Assembly (NCBI GenBank): GCA_965197475.1
Contig: CBDANF010000003.1
Span: 1,248,001-1,312,000 of the forward strand
Direction: 5' to 3'
Origin: Candidatus Poribacteria bacterium
Lineage (GTDB): Bacteria; Poribacteria; WGA-4E; WGA-3G
Length of the DNA: 64,000 bases
Within the stretch, counting starts at the first letter, position 1. The number at the start of each line of letters is the position of its first letter. The position numbers and the translations under genes were made by a program. Below, in pieces: positions 41,418-51,295 of this stretch. The notes under the pieces are model-generated. The model was not told the DNA's origin. It did no database searches and saw only the letters and a list, made by a program, of their open reading frames with translations.

Positions 41418-42470
41418 ATGAAAATTTTAGTTACAGGCGGCACGGGGCGCATCGGATCGAACCTCACCAAAAAACTATTAGAAAAGGGACACGAAATCCG
41501 ATGTTTTACCTATCCCGGCGATGCCAATCGTGTTGATAAGTGAGAGGGTACTGAAAGAGTTGAGACCGTCCTTGGTGATCTGCGCGAATATGAAGATGTC
41601 AAAAAAGCAGTTGAGGGTGTAGATGCCATCTATCATATTGGCGCAGCTTTCGGAGGTCCGTTTAATAACCGTGACTATCTGGCTATCAACGGGATGGGCA
41701 CGCTCAATATCTTAGAATGTGTCCGCGAATTCAATCCAAACATTCATCGCCTCGTCTATGCATGTACCGAAGCGATCTATTGGCGGCTAACTGAAAAAGG
41801 TAGGCTTTTTAACGAGTTAATCGCGGAGGATATGGTCGCTAAATACCACCACATGCCCTACTTCCTCACGAAATGGATAGGGGAAGAACTTTGTATGGCG
41901 TATCATCATCAATATGGCGTGCCTTCCACAGTGTATCGGTTTACAACAGTAATTGAACCAAGCGAATATCTCAATAAAGACGGATTACCAAAGCAATTCG
42001 TCTTTAGTCCTATCTATAATCGATACAAAAACTACAAAGGAAACGATCCTGCTGAATTAGAGACCGTTGAGGCTGTCAAGCAAGCGTGGAACGGAGAAGA
42101 AAAGTTTATACTCAAACGCAACCCCGACGGCCGTCCCTACAAAGAGCATTTTACCGATATTCGGGACATTGTTCAAGGATTGGTCTTAGGAATTGAAAAG
42201 GATGCTGCTGTCGGTGAAGAATTCACGCTCGGTGGAAATGGCATTTTCAAATATGAGGAGATAATTCCTTACCTGTGTGAACGCTATCATAAAGATTTCG
42301 CTGATATAAAACTTCCGAACGCCAACTATTTTGAGTTTGACATGAGCAAAATCAAAACGCTACTTGACTATGAACCACAACATGATATAGCAAGCATCCT
42401 TGATGCAGCGGAAGCGATGCGACGTGGCGAAGATGTCGGTATCATTCCGACCGGTGTTCGATGGGGTTAA
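41418..42470 (+). pseudogene. NAD-dependent epimerase/dehydratase interrupted by one in-frame TGA (41541-41543)
   Basis: MKILVTGGTGRIG...RVDK*EGTERVETVLGDL...continues in the same frame into ORF 41694..42470 (YFLTK motif). Confidence 0.85.
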
Positions 42471-42565
42471 AGTTAATTTTTCTTGAAAACTACAGAAAAA
42501 TAGGGTAAACTTAAATTATCGGACAGATTTAGACCTTAAGTATTCAGTTTATTAGGAGATTCGTT

Positions 42566-44188
42566 ATGAAAACAACATTTTGGACGACGTATCGGAATTG
42601 GGCGATTCTGCTTGCCTTTGCTTTTTTAGCAGTGGGTTGCGCCACAGTCACAACTATGAAGATTACCGATATATATGTCCCATCAAGTACCAAACACTTG
42701 GATAGACACATTGATGCTGTCTTAAAACAGGAAGGACTTGAACCTTCAAAACAGTCAAATGATGCCGAATTTCTAAGACGTATCTATTTAGATATGACAG
42801 GAAAAATTCCGACATCGGAAGAAGTGTTAGATTTTATCAACGACGGTTCGTCAAACAAACGTTCTAAAAAAATTGATGAACTTGTCGGGAGCAAAGAATC
42901 CATTAATTATTGGACGCTGTTATGGGTGAATTGGTTAATCGGGAGACGCGATGATGGAGATGACCGTCGCATCGGTTTAAACGGTTGGGTGCGCGAGGCA
43001 CTTGAGACTAACATGCCCTACAATCAGTTTGTCAAAGAACTTGTTGCTGCTGATGGAGAATTACAGGACAACCCAGCAGGCAACTATGTCCTGCGTTATG
43101 AAAGATCGCCTGTCTTCTTAACTTCTCACACGTCTCGGTTGTTCCTCGGTCTGCCGATGCAGTGTGCTGAATGCCACGATCACAAAACCGAAGCATGGTT
43201 ACAGGAGGATTTCTATGGTGTCGCTGCCTTCTTTACCGGTATTGAAAGTGAGGAAAAAGAAGAATTTCAAACCATAGATATGAACGGTGATCCGAAGATG
43301 ATGCAAAATTTCCTTATCAAAAATACGCCAAAACAGGAACGGACTATTTACGTCGAAAGCATGGATGAATCTGTTCCACCTCGTTACCTTGATGGAACGG
43401 AATACAAAGGCGAACTTATCAAAAAACGTGAGGCTCTTGCCGAATGGATGACCGCAAAAACGAACCCTTACTTTAGCAAAGCCATCGTAAATCGGATTTG
43501 GAAACACTTTATGGGACGCGCTTTTGTTGAACCTATTGATGGATTTGGGGAAGAATATCCCGCCACTAACCCTGCACTACTGGCGTGGTTAGCTGAGGAT
43601 TTCGTTATTCATGGGTATGACCTACAACATCTGATGCGGACTATCCTCAATTCTAAAACGTATCAGAGAAGTTCAGAGACAAATGAGAGTAACGAGGACG
43701 ATGAAATCTATTACTCACACGCTTATATGAAACCCTTGAGTGCAGAGCAATTCTTCTATTCTATGCTTCAAGCCACAGGTTTTGAAAGACTTCAAAAGCG
43801 GAAAGACCCTGATCAAGTTGATAGTATGAAACGGGAACACCTCAGACGATTCCTGTTCCTGCTTGATAATGGTGAGATGGAAGAGATTGAGGCGTTCAAC
43901 GGAACAGTACCACAAGCACTTATGATGATTAACGGGTCTCTCGTTAACAACAGCGCGAGTTACAAAGAACGCGGCAGCTTTATCAACTATGTGCTTGATA
44001 ATTGGCGAGACACGGTTGGTCGGGTTCAGTTTATCTATCTTACCGTGCTATCACGAAAACCAACAAGTAAAGAACAAACCTTTTTCCAGCGTTACTTAGA
44101 ACGCAGCCTATACAGAAACAAGGATTTAGCTTACGAAGACCTCTATTGGGTTCTACTCAATTCAGCAGAGTTTTCACTAAACCATTAG
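42566..44188 (+). CDS. DUF1549/DUF1553 (PSD1-type) lipoprotein with a CxxCH motif
   Basis: Lipobox AVGC; DAEFLRRIYLDMTG; CAECHDH; NRIWKHFMGR; QALMMING; LLNSAEF. Confidence 0.88.
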   Translation: MKTTFWTTYRNWAILLAFAFLAVGCATVTTMKITDIYVPSSTKHLDRHIDAVLKQEGLEPSKQSNDAEFLRRIYLDMTGKIPTSEEVLDFINDGSSNKRSKKIDELVGSKESINYWTLLWVNWLIGRRDDGDDRRIGLNGWVREALETNMPYNQFVKELVAADGELQDNPAGNYVLRYERSPVFLTSHTSRLFLGLPMQCAECHDHKTEAWLQEDFYGVAAFFTGIESEEKEEFQTIDMNGDPKMMQNFLIKNTPKQERTIYVESMDESVPPRYLDGTEYKGELIKKREALAEWMTAKTNPYFSKAIVNRIWKHFMGRAFVEPIDGFGEEYPATNPALLAWLAEDFVIHGYDLQHLMRTILNSKTYQRSSETNESNEDDEIYYSHAYMKPLSAEQFFYSMLQATGFERLQKRKDPDQVDSMKREHLRRFLFLLDNGEMEEIEAFNGTVPQALMMINGSLVNNSASYKERGSFINYVLDNWRDTVGRVQFIYLTVLSRKPTSKEQTFFQRYLERSLYRNKDLAYEDLYWVLLNSAEFSLNH

Positions 44189-44192
44189 AAGC

Positions 44193-44258
44193 GGTAGGTG
44201 CAGCTTCCTAACCGCACCATATAAGAGAGGCGGTTCGTCAATCGGCGAACCGCCTCTG
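44193..44258. repeat. GTAG REP-like hairpin followed by a GC-rich stem-loop (possible terminator)
   Basis: GGTAGGTGCAGCTTCCTAACCGCACC; AGAGGCGGTTCG-TCAATCGG-CGAACCGCCTCT. Confidence 0.6.
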
Positions 44259-44277
44259 AAAAAAGGAGCATTGTCAA

Positions 44278-44446
44278 ATGAAAAGGTATGGAATGTTTAT
44301 CCTCTTGTGTTGTTTCACCTTCGGCATTGCAACGGCTGCGATGTCACAACTCTACTTTGAGGATAATTTTGATAACGCAAACAAATCTGAAAAGAAGTAG
44401 GTTCCCTTGTGGGGTACCTGGGAATTCAAAGATAAGGAATATCATC
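44278..44446 (+). pseudogene. 5' fragment of a secreted DUF1080/LamG-like gene (continues at about 46843)
   Basis: AGGAG site; signal peptide MKRYGMFILLCCFTFGIATAAMS, then QLYFEDNFD...KK*VPLWGTWEFKDKEYH with an in-frame TAG at 44398. Confidence 0.7.
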
Positions 44447-44576
44447 TTGTATCGGAATGTCCCATAAAAAAGAACGTTGTAGCGAGACAAGCGGAACTGC
44501 TACCTGATTGGAATGCTACTTCAATCACGGAACATCTTGTTGCGTTGAAATCACATCTTATTGAAAGGATTCGTAA

Positions 44577-46481
44577 ATGAAGAAATGGACACACCGTACT
44601 ATTGTTATCGGACTACTGTTAATATGTAGTGTTACATTTGCACAAGAGAATGCCGAAGACTGGATGCCCGATCCTTCGCTACGCCACCAAATCAGGATGC
44701 GCTTGAGACTGCCTGATAACTTTCCACTCACAAAAATAGAACTCAAACGGCTTACATTTTTCGATGATCGGACTGGCGATATTCGTGATATTACCGGCTT
44801 AGAACATGCAACCTATCTTGAACATCTTGATCTTGAAAGTTGCGAAATACTTGATTTGAAACCTTTTGAGAAGTTAGCATCGCTTGAACATTTTCGGGTT
44901 TTAAAATTGGATGGAAACGATCCAAAATTAACAGATATTACGCCGCTCTCATCTCTAACTCAGCTCACATATTTAGATTTAGGTAAAAATTATATTTCGG
45001 ACATAACGCCCCTTGCGAATCTAACACAACTACAACATCTTGATTTAGGTAAAAATTATATTTCGGACATAACACCCCTTGCGAATCTAATACAGTTAGA
45101 GACATTGATTCTAACAAATAACATCCTTTTAGACTTTACGCCAGTTGAAAACCTACCGCTTCAAACATTTGAACATGACTGGATTTGTGATGTTCCCATG
45201 AAAGATGTTGCAAGCCGACTTGAAAGAAGAAGTTTTCCTGCAATTGTTCACGTGTGGCATATACGTGAGGCTGAAGGGTTAGACCATCCAAAAGTAGGTT
45301 TATTTTTTGGATCCTATCGGTATAAACTACGGAGAATCATCGAAACAAATATAATAGATTATATAGGACCAAGCGAAGAATCTGTTATGTCTCACTATGA
45401 ACAATTTCGGAGAAAAAACCCCGATGTAATTCAGCTCAGAGGCATGATATATAGAGAGGCTTGGCACACACAATTTCCAGAGGATTCACCTTACTGGTTA
45501 AGAGGTAAAAATGGTGAAAGATTAAGAAGTGTTCCGAGTGATCCTAATAATTTGTCCTATTACATTGACTTTACTAAACCCGAGACTATTGATTTTATTG
45601 TTCAACAAGCGGTAGCGGTCGCAAGATGTGGTTTATTTGATGGGGTCGTCTTTGATTGGTGGACAGATTACCATGCAATTCTAAAAGACAGATCGCGAGG
45701 TCGTATTCTAGTGCATAGTGTCCAAGTAGAACAAAATGCACGCGACGAAATCTTACGACGTATCCGTGCAGAGGTGCCAGAAGATTTTATTATTATCGGA
45801 AATGGAAATCGAGGGAAAAACATGCGCACCGCTTGGGCATGTAATGGTTCCACAATGGAACTTGGACTCGATTATCCTGGTGGATATACACATGGAGGGT
45901 TAGCTCAAATTGATGATGCGGTATTTTGGGTATCAGAAAGCATGCGTGAACCGCGCGTGAATGCTGTTCATTTTGATGGTATTGAATACGAACCTTGGGA
46001 TTCCCCCAACAATCAGCAGATGATGCGTGTTTGCTCAACGCTTGTCCTTACGATGTCTAATGCTTTTTTTAGTTATAGACCTGATAATCAACGCGATTTT
46101 AATTGGTATGATTTTTGGGATGCCGATCTCGGTAAACCGGTCGGAGAAAAAAGACAACGTTATAATAACATTGACGGTCTGTTTATCCGTGAATACACAA
46201 ACGGGTTCGTAGTCTATAATCGGAGTTACGCCGAACAAACGATTGACTTTTCAACTCCAATAAAGAGCGTTGCCAGTGGCAAGATCAGCTCACAACAGAT
46301 AGTTTCCGATTTAGACGGTGACATTTTCTTAAAAATAGACTTTGATCTAAATGACGATGGCGAAATCAATATACTTGATCTCGTTATTATCGCAAACGCC
46401 TTTGGAGAAGATGCTCCCGACATCAATGGTGATGGCATCGTTGATATTCGTGATCTTATATTGGTAGCAGGTGCATTGTAA
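44577..46481 (+). CDS. Secreted LRR + putative TIM-barrel glycoside-hydrolase-like domain + dockerin-like protein
   Basis: Signal peptide; WMPDPSLR cap; LRRs; CGLFDGVVFDWW; REYTNGFVVYNRS; DLNDDGEINILDLV and DINGDGIVDIRDL. Confidence 0.8.
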   Translation: MKKWTHRTIVIGLLLICSVTFAQENAEDWMPDPSLRHQIRMRLRLPDNFPLTKIELKRLTFFDDRTGDIRDITGLEHATYLEHLDLESCEILDLKPFEKLASLEHFRVLKLDGNDPKLTDITPLSSLTQLTYLDLGKNYISDITPLANLTQLQHLDLGKNYISDITPLANLIQLETLILTNNILLDFTPVENLPLQTFEHDWICDVPMKDVASRLERRSFPAIVHVWHIREAEGLDHPKVGLFFGSYRYKLRRIIETNIIDYIGPSEESVMSHYEQFRRKNPDVIQLRGMIYREAWHTQFPEDSPYWLRGKNGERLRSVPSDPNNLSYYIDFTKPETIDFIVQQAVAVARCGLFDGVVFDWWTDYHAILKDRSRGRILVHSVQVEQNARDEILRRIRAEVPEDFIIIGNGNRGKNMRTAWACNGSTMELGLDYPGGYTHGGLAQIDDAVFWVSESMREPRVNAVHFDGIEYEPWDSPNNQQMMRVCSTLVLTMSNAFFSYRPDNQRDFNWYDFWDADLGKPVGEKRQRYNNIDGLFIREYTNGFVVYNRSYAEQTIDFSTPIKSVASGKISSQQIVSDLDGDIFLKIDFDLNDDGEINILDLVIIANAFGEDAPDINGDGIVDIRDLILVAGAL

Positions 46482-46855
46482 TGCAAGCAAACTATTTTGA
46501 AATAGGTGGAGGATATTCGGCAGGTCGTGATTTATTGTCTCCTCATTGGCGTCAACGGAACGTAGAAACAGGATTACTTCCATCAGAAGTTGTATCTTTA
46601 TTCGATAATGTTGAATATTTTGATGGATATTTCGTTGAACCGGTGCCACTTCAAGTTATTGATCTAATTAGGGATTTGAAACCTCACGACAATGCAACGG
46701 TCATCCAAGCAGCCATTGCCAATGAAATAGGTATACAACAGATGGGAATATCCCTAAATCAACGTATGGGAATGCTAATAGAGACAGCTTGGTCATATTA
46801 TGGTAAAGACGATGATTATTTCCATGTAGCGTGTTTGACATTAACTCTTAAATGA
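46481..46855 (+). CDS. Hypothetical protein, probably truncated at the insertion junction
   Basis: TAATG coupling to the upstream gene; the last codons read into the interrupted host gene. Confidence 0.45.
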   Translation: MQANYFEIGGGYSAGRDLLSPHWRQRNVETGLLPSEVVSLFDNVEYFDGYFVEPVPLQVIDLIRDLKPHDNATVIQAAIANEIGIQQMGISLNQRMGMLIETAWSYYGKDDDYFHVACLTLTLK

Positions 46856-47393
46856 TTCCAATTGCATGAGTGTTGTTGCGGATGATTTTTGGGATGAGGA
46901 GTGGAATGAGTACACCTACGAGGTGCGCGGTAATAAAACCGATGGTGCTAAAGGGTTCCTGATTATGTTCCGGTGCCAAGGCCCGATGGAACCTCGGGGA
47001 AAAGCACTTAAAGAACATCCACCTCGCATGCAAGGTCAGGCACGGTTAGAATATTGGTGGAACCTCGGCGGTTGGGAAAATACCACTTCAAAAGTGGAGT
47101 CGTGGGGCGGTGTAGCAAGCCCGAACACCAACCACACTATTGCTACAGACGAATGGTATAGCATCAAAATTGTTAATACCCCTACCAGTTACACGCTTTA
47201 CCTTAACGATGAAAAAGTGGGTGAAACCATTAACGATGCCACAAGAGACGGTGTAGGCAGGGTCGGTGTCGCAACATGGGCTACCACTGCGATATATGAA
47301 GATGTAATGGTTTATGGTCCCGCTGGCCCTCTGCCAGTTAATCCAAAAGGAAAAGTCGCAACCACTTGGGGATTCCTCAAAGCTGGTAGATAA
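46843..47393 (+). pseudogene. 3' fragment of the DUF1080/LamG-like gene, with C-terminal KVATTWG motif
   Basis: LLNDSNCMSVVADDFWDEEWNEYTYEV...GRVGVATW...VNPKGKVATTWGFLK; it has no signal peptide of its own. Confidence 0.7.
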
Positions 47394-47410
47394 AGTTATT
47401 CTTTAAAATG

Positions 47411-47449
47411 GGAGGCAGACCATTGTAAGGTGATTTGCCTCCTATTTTT
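47411..47449 (+). terminator. Likely intrinsic terminator
   Basis: GGAGGCAGACCATT-GTAA-GGTGATTTGCCTCC followed by TATTTTT; lies between convergent genes. Confidence 0.6.
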
Positions 47450-47512
47450 GTTGTGGGAGGGAATCAATGCCAAATGTGCGTATAGCATTCAGCGGGTTTT
47501 TAACCCAACTTT

Positions 47513-48217
47513 CTAAAAAGGCAAGCTGAGTTGCTGCGGCGTTGGTTCGGTTGGCAAAAGTTGTTTATTACCCGTTAGAAGTGCAAGGTAATAATCCTTA
47601 TCGTTAAATTTCTGTTCATCAATCAGTCCATTTTTGGATAACGAAACAAATGACGCAGCAGCGCGCGCTTGGCAATTCAACGAGCGATTTGGATTGAAGA
47701 CAATGTCTGAGAAACCTTGAAACACTTCAAGTTCTTGCATCAGATCTTTCTTTTTCTGATACAATGCAGTGATATATAACCAATCGTAAAAAGCCGTTTT
47801 AGGTTCAATAGGAAAATCTTCTCCGCAGAAGTTAAAAGTGATCAACTCTCCCGAATTTTGCAAACGCTCGTCTGTTTTCGCGGATCGGCTTGAAACCGAA
47901 TATAAATTGCGGTAAGGACCTCCATTTTCAAATACCTTACTTCCTTGATACGCACACTCCACACTCATTTTCTGACCACTTGGTGTTTCCAACGGTAGAT
48001 TAAAAGCACTCAACGATACCCCAAGCCGTGATGCCGATTTTCGCGATATTTCCAAAATCGGAGCGATTCCCTGCTTTTCGGCAGCGTCATGTAAAGATAA
48101 AATGGTTTTTTGCATCTGCGATTTTGCAAAACCGGGATGCCATTTGAATTCTATATCTACCGTTTCAACATACGGAAATCTGTTGAAATCAGGGGTAAAA
48201 ATGGGACGGTTTGCCAT
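47513..48217 (-). CDS. DarT1-associated NADAR-type antitoxin
   Basis: MANRPIF...FKWHPGFAKSQMQK...LEISRKS...LSAFNL...SVECAYQGSKVFENGGPY...FYDWLY...FSDIVFNP...NCQARAAA; directly downstream of the DarT-like ORF. Confidence 0.82.
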   Translation of the reverse strand: MANRPIFTPDFNRFPYVETVDIEFKWHPGFAKSQMQKTILSLHDAAEKQGIAPILEISRKSASRLGVSLSAFNLPLETPSGQKMSVECAYQGSKVFENGGPYRNLYSVSSRSAKTDERLQNSGELITFNFCGEDFPIEPKTAFYDWLYITALYQKKKDLMQELEVFQGFSDIVFNPNRSLNCQARAAASFVSLSKNGLIDEQKFNDKDYYLALLTGNKQLLPTEPTPQQLSLPF

Positions 48218-48228
48218 TGTTTTAACTC

Positions 48229-49095
48229 CTAAAAAGGTATATCACCGTCAAAATCATCAAGTTCCTCATCATTACCGTCACTGAGGTAAGAAAGAGGAAT
48301 ACCATCATCGTTAAATTTTTCAGGCCTCCATACTTCATAATCACATCTCGCATCAAAATACTTCCGATCAACGAAAAACTTATCAGAAAAAGTTCCAATA
48401 TAATTAGAACGCCATTGCTCCAAAATAGTTGCATTCCGAAAATGAATCGCGTTAATGTACTCCGTTGGAATCTGGTCAAAAACAAGAACCTCCGCTTGAG
48501 GGTGTGTCGGATAATTCTGAGGTATTTGCAAGTCTTGGTGCTTGATGCCGTAAAAATCTCCAAACAAATCTTTTAACGTTTCAGTTTTTTTCCTTTCATT
48601 CAATGGAATAGAACGGACAGCATTAGAGGCGGCATTTCGCTGGCAAAACGCGCAATCCAATTCCCATAACACCTTTGCATCAAGCAGTAGAACAACCCAT
48701 TGGGAATCGTTGACTTCTTCTGATTTCATCCCTTCTCTAATGCTATAGAACATTTGGTAGTTTGGAAAACTGATGCTCAAACAATTCGCTTCTGGGCACC
48801 GGTCGGCGCGATCAGCGTCATTCCACCAAAATTGTTGCCCGCGTTCATGCAAAATACTTCGTCCTAACAATCCTTCTTGTAGAATACTTTGAAGATTTTC
48901 GATCCGTGTAAAATGGCAAAGTGTTTCTATTCCGCGTTCCTCACAAAACTGTTGTATTTGGGATGCGCGCGTATCAAAAAATTCCAGTTCCTCTTCTACG
49001 AGGATAGTTTTGTCTTTCTCAGAAACGACATCCCACAGCAGAACTACTCCATCCCGACACCCACTGGCAAGGTGCAACCATCTGGAGAAAAACAT
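48229..49095 (-). CDS. darT: DarT-type ssDNA ADP-ribosyltransferase (DUF4433-like, DarT1 clade); 3' part of a frameshifted WD40 fusion
   Basis: LCHFTRIENLQSIL, RAD...CLSISFPNYQMFY, WVVLLL, NAAS, PTHPQAEVLV (predicted catalytic Glu). The N-terminus LASGCRDGVVLLWDV is the second half of a WD40 repeat. Confidence 0.85.
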   Translation of the reverse strand: MFFSRWLHLASGCRDGVVLLWDVVSEKDKTILVEEELEFFDTRASQIQQFCEERGIETLCHFTRIENLQSILQEGLLGRSILHERGQQFWWNDADRADRCPEANCLSISFPNYQMFYSIREGMKSEEVNDSQWVVLLLDAKVLWELDCAFCQRNAASNAVRSIPLNERKKTETLKDLFGDFYGIKHQDLQIPQNYPTHPQAEVLVFDQIPTEYINAIHFRNATILEQWRSNYIGTFSDKFFVDRKYFDARCDYEVWRPEKFNDDGIPLSYLSDGNDEELDDFDGDIPF

Positions 49096-49940
49096 AAACT
49101 GCTAATTGTTGCTGTATGTCCTCTGAAGGTATTCAACTGCTTGCCTGTAGCAAAATCCCATAAATCAATTTTGGAATCACTCCCTACACTAGTACTCGCT
49201 ATCGTGTAACCATCCTGACTGAAAGCTAGAATATTGACAACATCTTCTTCAGATACCGACAAATCTTTTAGCAACACATGCTTATTAGGATCCCGTAACT
49301 TCACACTGATAATATACTTCGTTGACTCATGGTCGTGAACAAAAATATGTCTATCTGTATTGAAAACTATTGATAGTAATGATTTTACTTTAGACACAAC
49401 AAATATGGCGCGCATGTGCCCATCTGTACTGAAATTCGCTGATAAAACATTGCTTCCATATCGTTGTGGAAGGAATTCGCGGAATGAACCCGTGGCTATA
49501 TCGTACAAGTTAATCTCGCCGGACCAACTGAAATCAGGAATATCAACATCTCTAAGGATATCTAAGGAAAACTCAAGGTTATCTAAGGAAATACCCGTAT
49601 TAACACAATGAATATTGGACACGCCATTAAAATTGGACATGCCATTTAACGTTCCTAAAAAATGACCGGTAGCAATATCCCATAAATGGATTGTACTGTC
49701 TGCTGGACTTATACCAGTTAGATTGCAACTATCCGGACTGAAAACCATAGAAGTAATATATCCTGTGTGTCCGGACAGCAAAGAAATTTCTTTACCTGTG
49801 GGCGCGTCGTAAAGCAAAATGCCAGTGTTACGAGCCACTGCCAATCGAGTACCATCTGGAGAAAACTGAATATCGTTGATTGCGTCTTTTCCGAGGCGGA
49901 CTTTTGCACCTTCGGGTAAATTCCCAGGGTTTGTTTTCAT
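49044..49940 (-). CDS. WD40-repeat protein; 5' part of the frameshifted fusion with DarT
   Basis: LPEGAKVRLGK...FSPDGTRLAV; GHTGYITSMVFSPD; GHTATISSLCFSPDGCTL, then the frame is lost in mid-repeat. Confidence 0.8.
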   Translation of the reverse strand: MKTNPGNLPEGAKVRLGKDAINDIQFSPDGTRLAVARNTGILLYDAPTGKEISLLSGHTGYITSMVFSPDSCNLTGISPADSTIHLWDIATGHFLGTLNGMSNFNGVSNIHCVNTGISLDNLEFSLDILRDVDIPDFSWSGEINLYDIATGSFREFLPQRYGSNVLSANFSTDGHMRAIFVVSKVKSLLSIVFNTDRHIFVHDHESTKYIISVKLRDPNKHVLLKDLSVSEEDVVNILAFSQDGYTIASTSVGSDSKIDLWDFATGKQLNTFRGHTATISSLCFSPDGCTLPVGVGME

Positions 49941-49999
49941 AGACTTATGACTTCTTTTGCCGCTTCAGAGACCGTATTTATAATGAAACGATGGATCTC

Positions 50000-50028
50000 A
50001 TTATACCAAATTGACTTTACAATCTCAA
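50000..50028 (-). promoter_or_regulatory. Sigma70-type promoter for the WD40-DarT/NADAR operon
   Basis: Minus strand TTGAGA-N17-TATAAT with an extended TG, 60 nt upstream of the WD40 ATG. Confidence 0.65.
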
Positions 50029-50082
50029 ATAAAATCTGCCAAATATCATAAAGTCGGTGCTTGCAATAGCGAATCGGTTACA

Positions 50083-51129
50083 CTACCGATCCCCAACATG
50101 CTCACGGAAAGGTGGATTCACAGGCACTTCAGGTTCAGGACGTTGAGCCAACCACCACGCAAACACGACAACCAAACACGCAAGTACTATCGCGCTGAGT
50201 ACCATCGGCACACCCACCGTCTTTTCTCCATCAGTAACGCGTTCCGCTTGCTTATGTATCCTGAAAAGGGCGATCATTCCCGATACCAATGCAACTATAA
50301 ACAACACAAGATTTACCTGCCATGGGACTCGGAAAAGCAAGGCAATGAGCGAGACCACAGCAACTGTCAAACTCAGTAAGGCAAACGAGTTATATGGTGT
50401 TGTATCCGACTCTTCACTATCGGATAATTCGCTGTACTGACGTGGTGGCACAAGAATAGGCGCATCATCTTGATACGTCATCTCAATGAGTCGAATGAAT
50501 TCAGCTAAAAGTTTTCCCTGCTGAATCCACTCAAAAAGTTCAGGATATTCGTGTCGGAGCAGGATAAAAAACTCTTGACGTTGGGCACTATAATCTGTAA
50601 ACTCCTCCCAGTCGTTTTCTGCCACCGTGGTATAAGGTTCCGGACCAACGCGCAGTTCATACCCATGCCCAGCCACATAGACAACACTGCCGATACCTTC
50701 ACGTTGTGCCAGAATCGTCTCCCCAGAGTCGGTCGTCATCAATTGTTGATTATCCTCCGCAACAGCTGCCATGTCGCGTTGTTCGAGTGCCGCTGCTGTC
50801 TCTCCAGATCGTGATTCTATCTCGTTATTCGCAATGGCTACGTCAATACGGCTCACCAATTCAAGGGCAGTAACTTCATGCTCCGGTGCAACGAAAAGTG
50901 CGGTTTGGCGTTCCTGTTTTACTTGCACAGGACGACAGCGGATCTGTTGCGCGCCCAAAGTCGCTTGGATGAGTTTTATTTCCCATTCGTCGCGTGTGCG
51001 GTAAATTTCAACCCAGTCGGAAGTATCACCTATTTCCTCGTCGATGAACTCTGAAACCTGATCCAATCTGCCTTGGCTAACCTGTGCACCTTGCGATGGA
51101 GTAATTAGTTTTCTTCTTTCCTTATCCAT
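50083..51129 (-). CDS. Hypothetical membrane protein (DUF2007-like N-domain, three C-terminal TM helices)
   Basis: WVEIYRTRDEWEIKLIQATL; hydrophobic C-terminal segments. Confidence 0.65.
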   Translation of the reverse strand: MDKERRKLITPSQGAQVSQGRLDQVSEFIDEEIGDTSDWVEIYRTRDEWEIKLIQATLGAQQIRCRPVQVKQERQTALFVAPEHEVTALELVSRIDVAIANNEIESRSGETAAALEQRDMAAVAEDNQQLMTTDSGETILAQREGIGSVVYVAGHGYELRVGPEPYTTVAENDWEEFTDYSAQRQEFFILLRHEYPELFEWIQQGKLLAEFIRLIEMTYQDDAPILVPPRQYSELSDSEESDTTPYNSFALLSLTVAVVSLIALLFRVPWQVNLVLFIVALVSGMIALFRIHKQAERVTDGEKTVGVPMVLSAIVLACLVVVFAWWLAQRPEPEVPVNPPFREHVGDR

Positions 51130-51295
51130 TACGATTCCTTTGTGCAAGTATTTACTTGCAAAAGCGTTCTATAGTAAATATATCCTGTAAGCGCGCTATT
51201 GATGGTATCTCAAATTATAGGTTTTGCTATAATTTGTGTGCGATTTCGTCCTAATTGTAGACAGTGTATGCCGAGTTATCAACATGTTATCAACA

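Noticed and set aside
41541-44400. Alternative genetic code suggested by the in-frame TGA and TAG
   Set aside because: Many intact genes here end normally at TGA or TAG and use TGG for Trp. Two different stops fit independent nonsense mutations.
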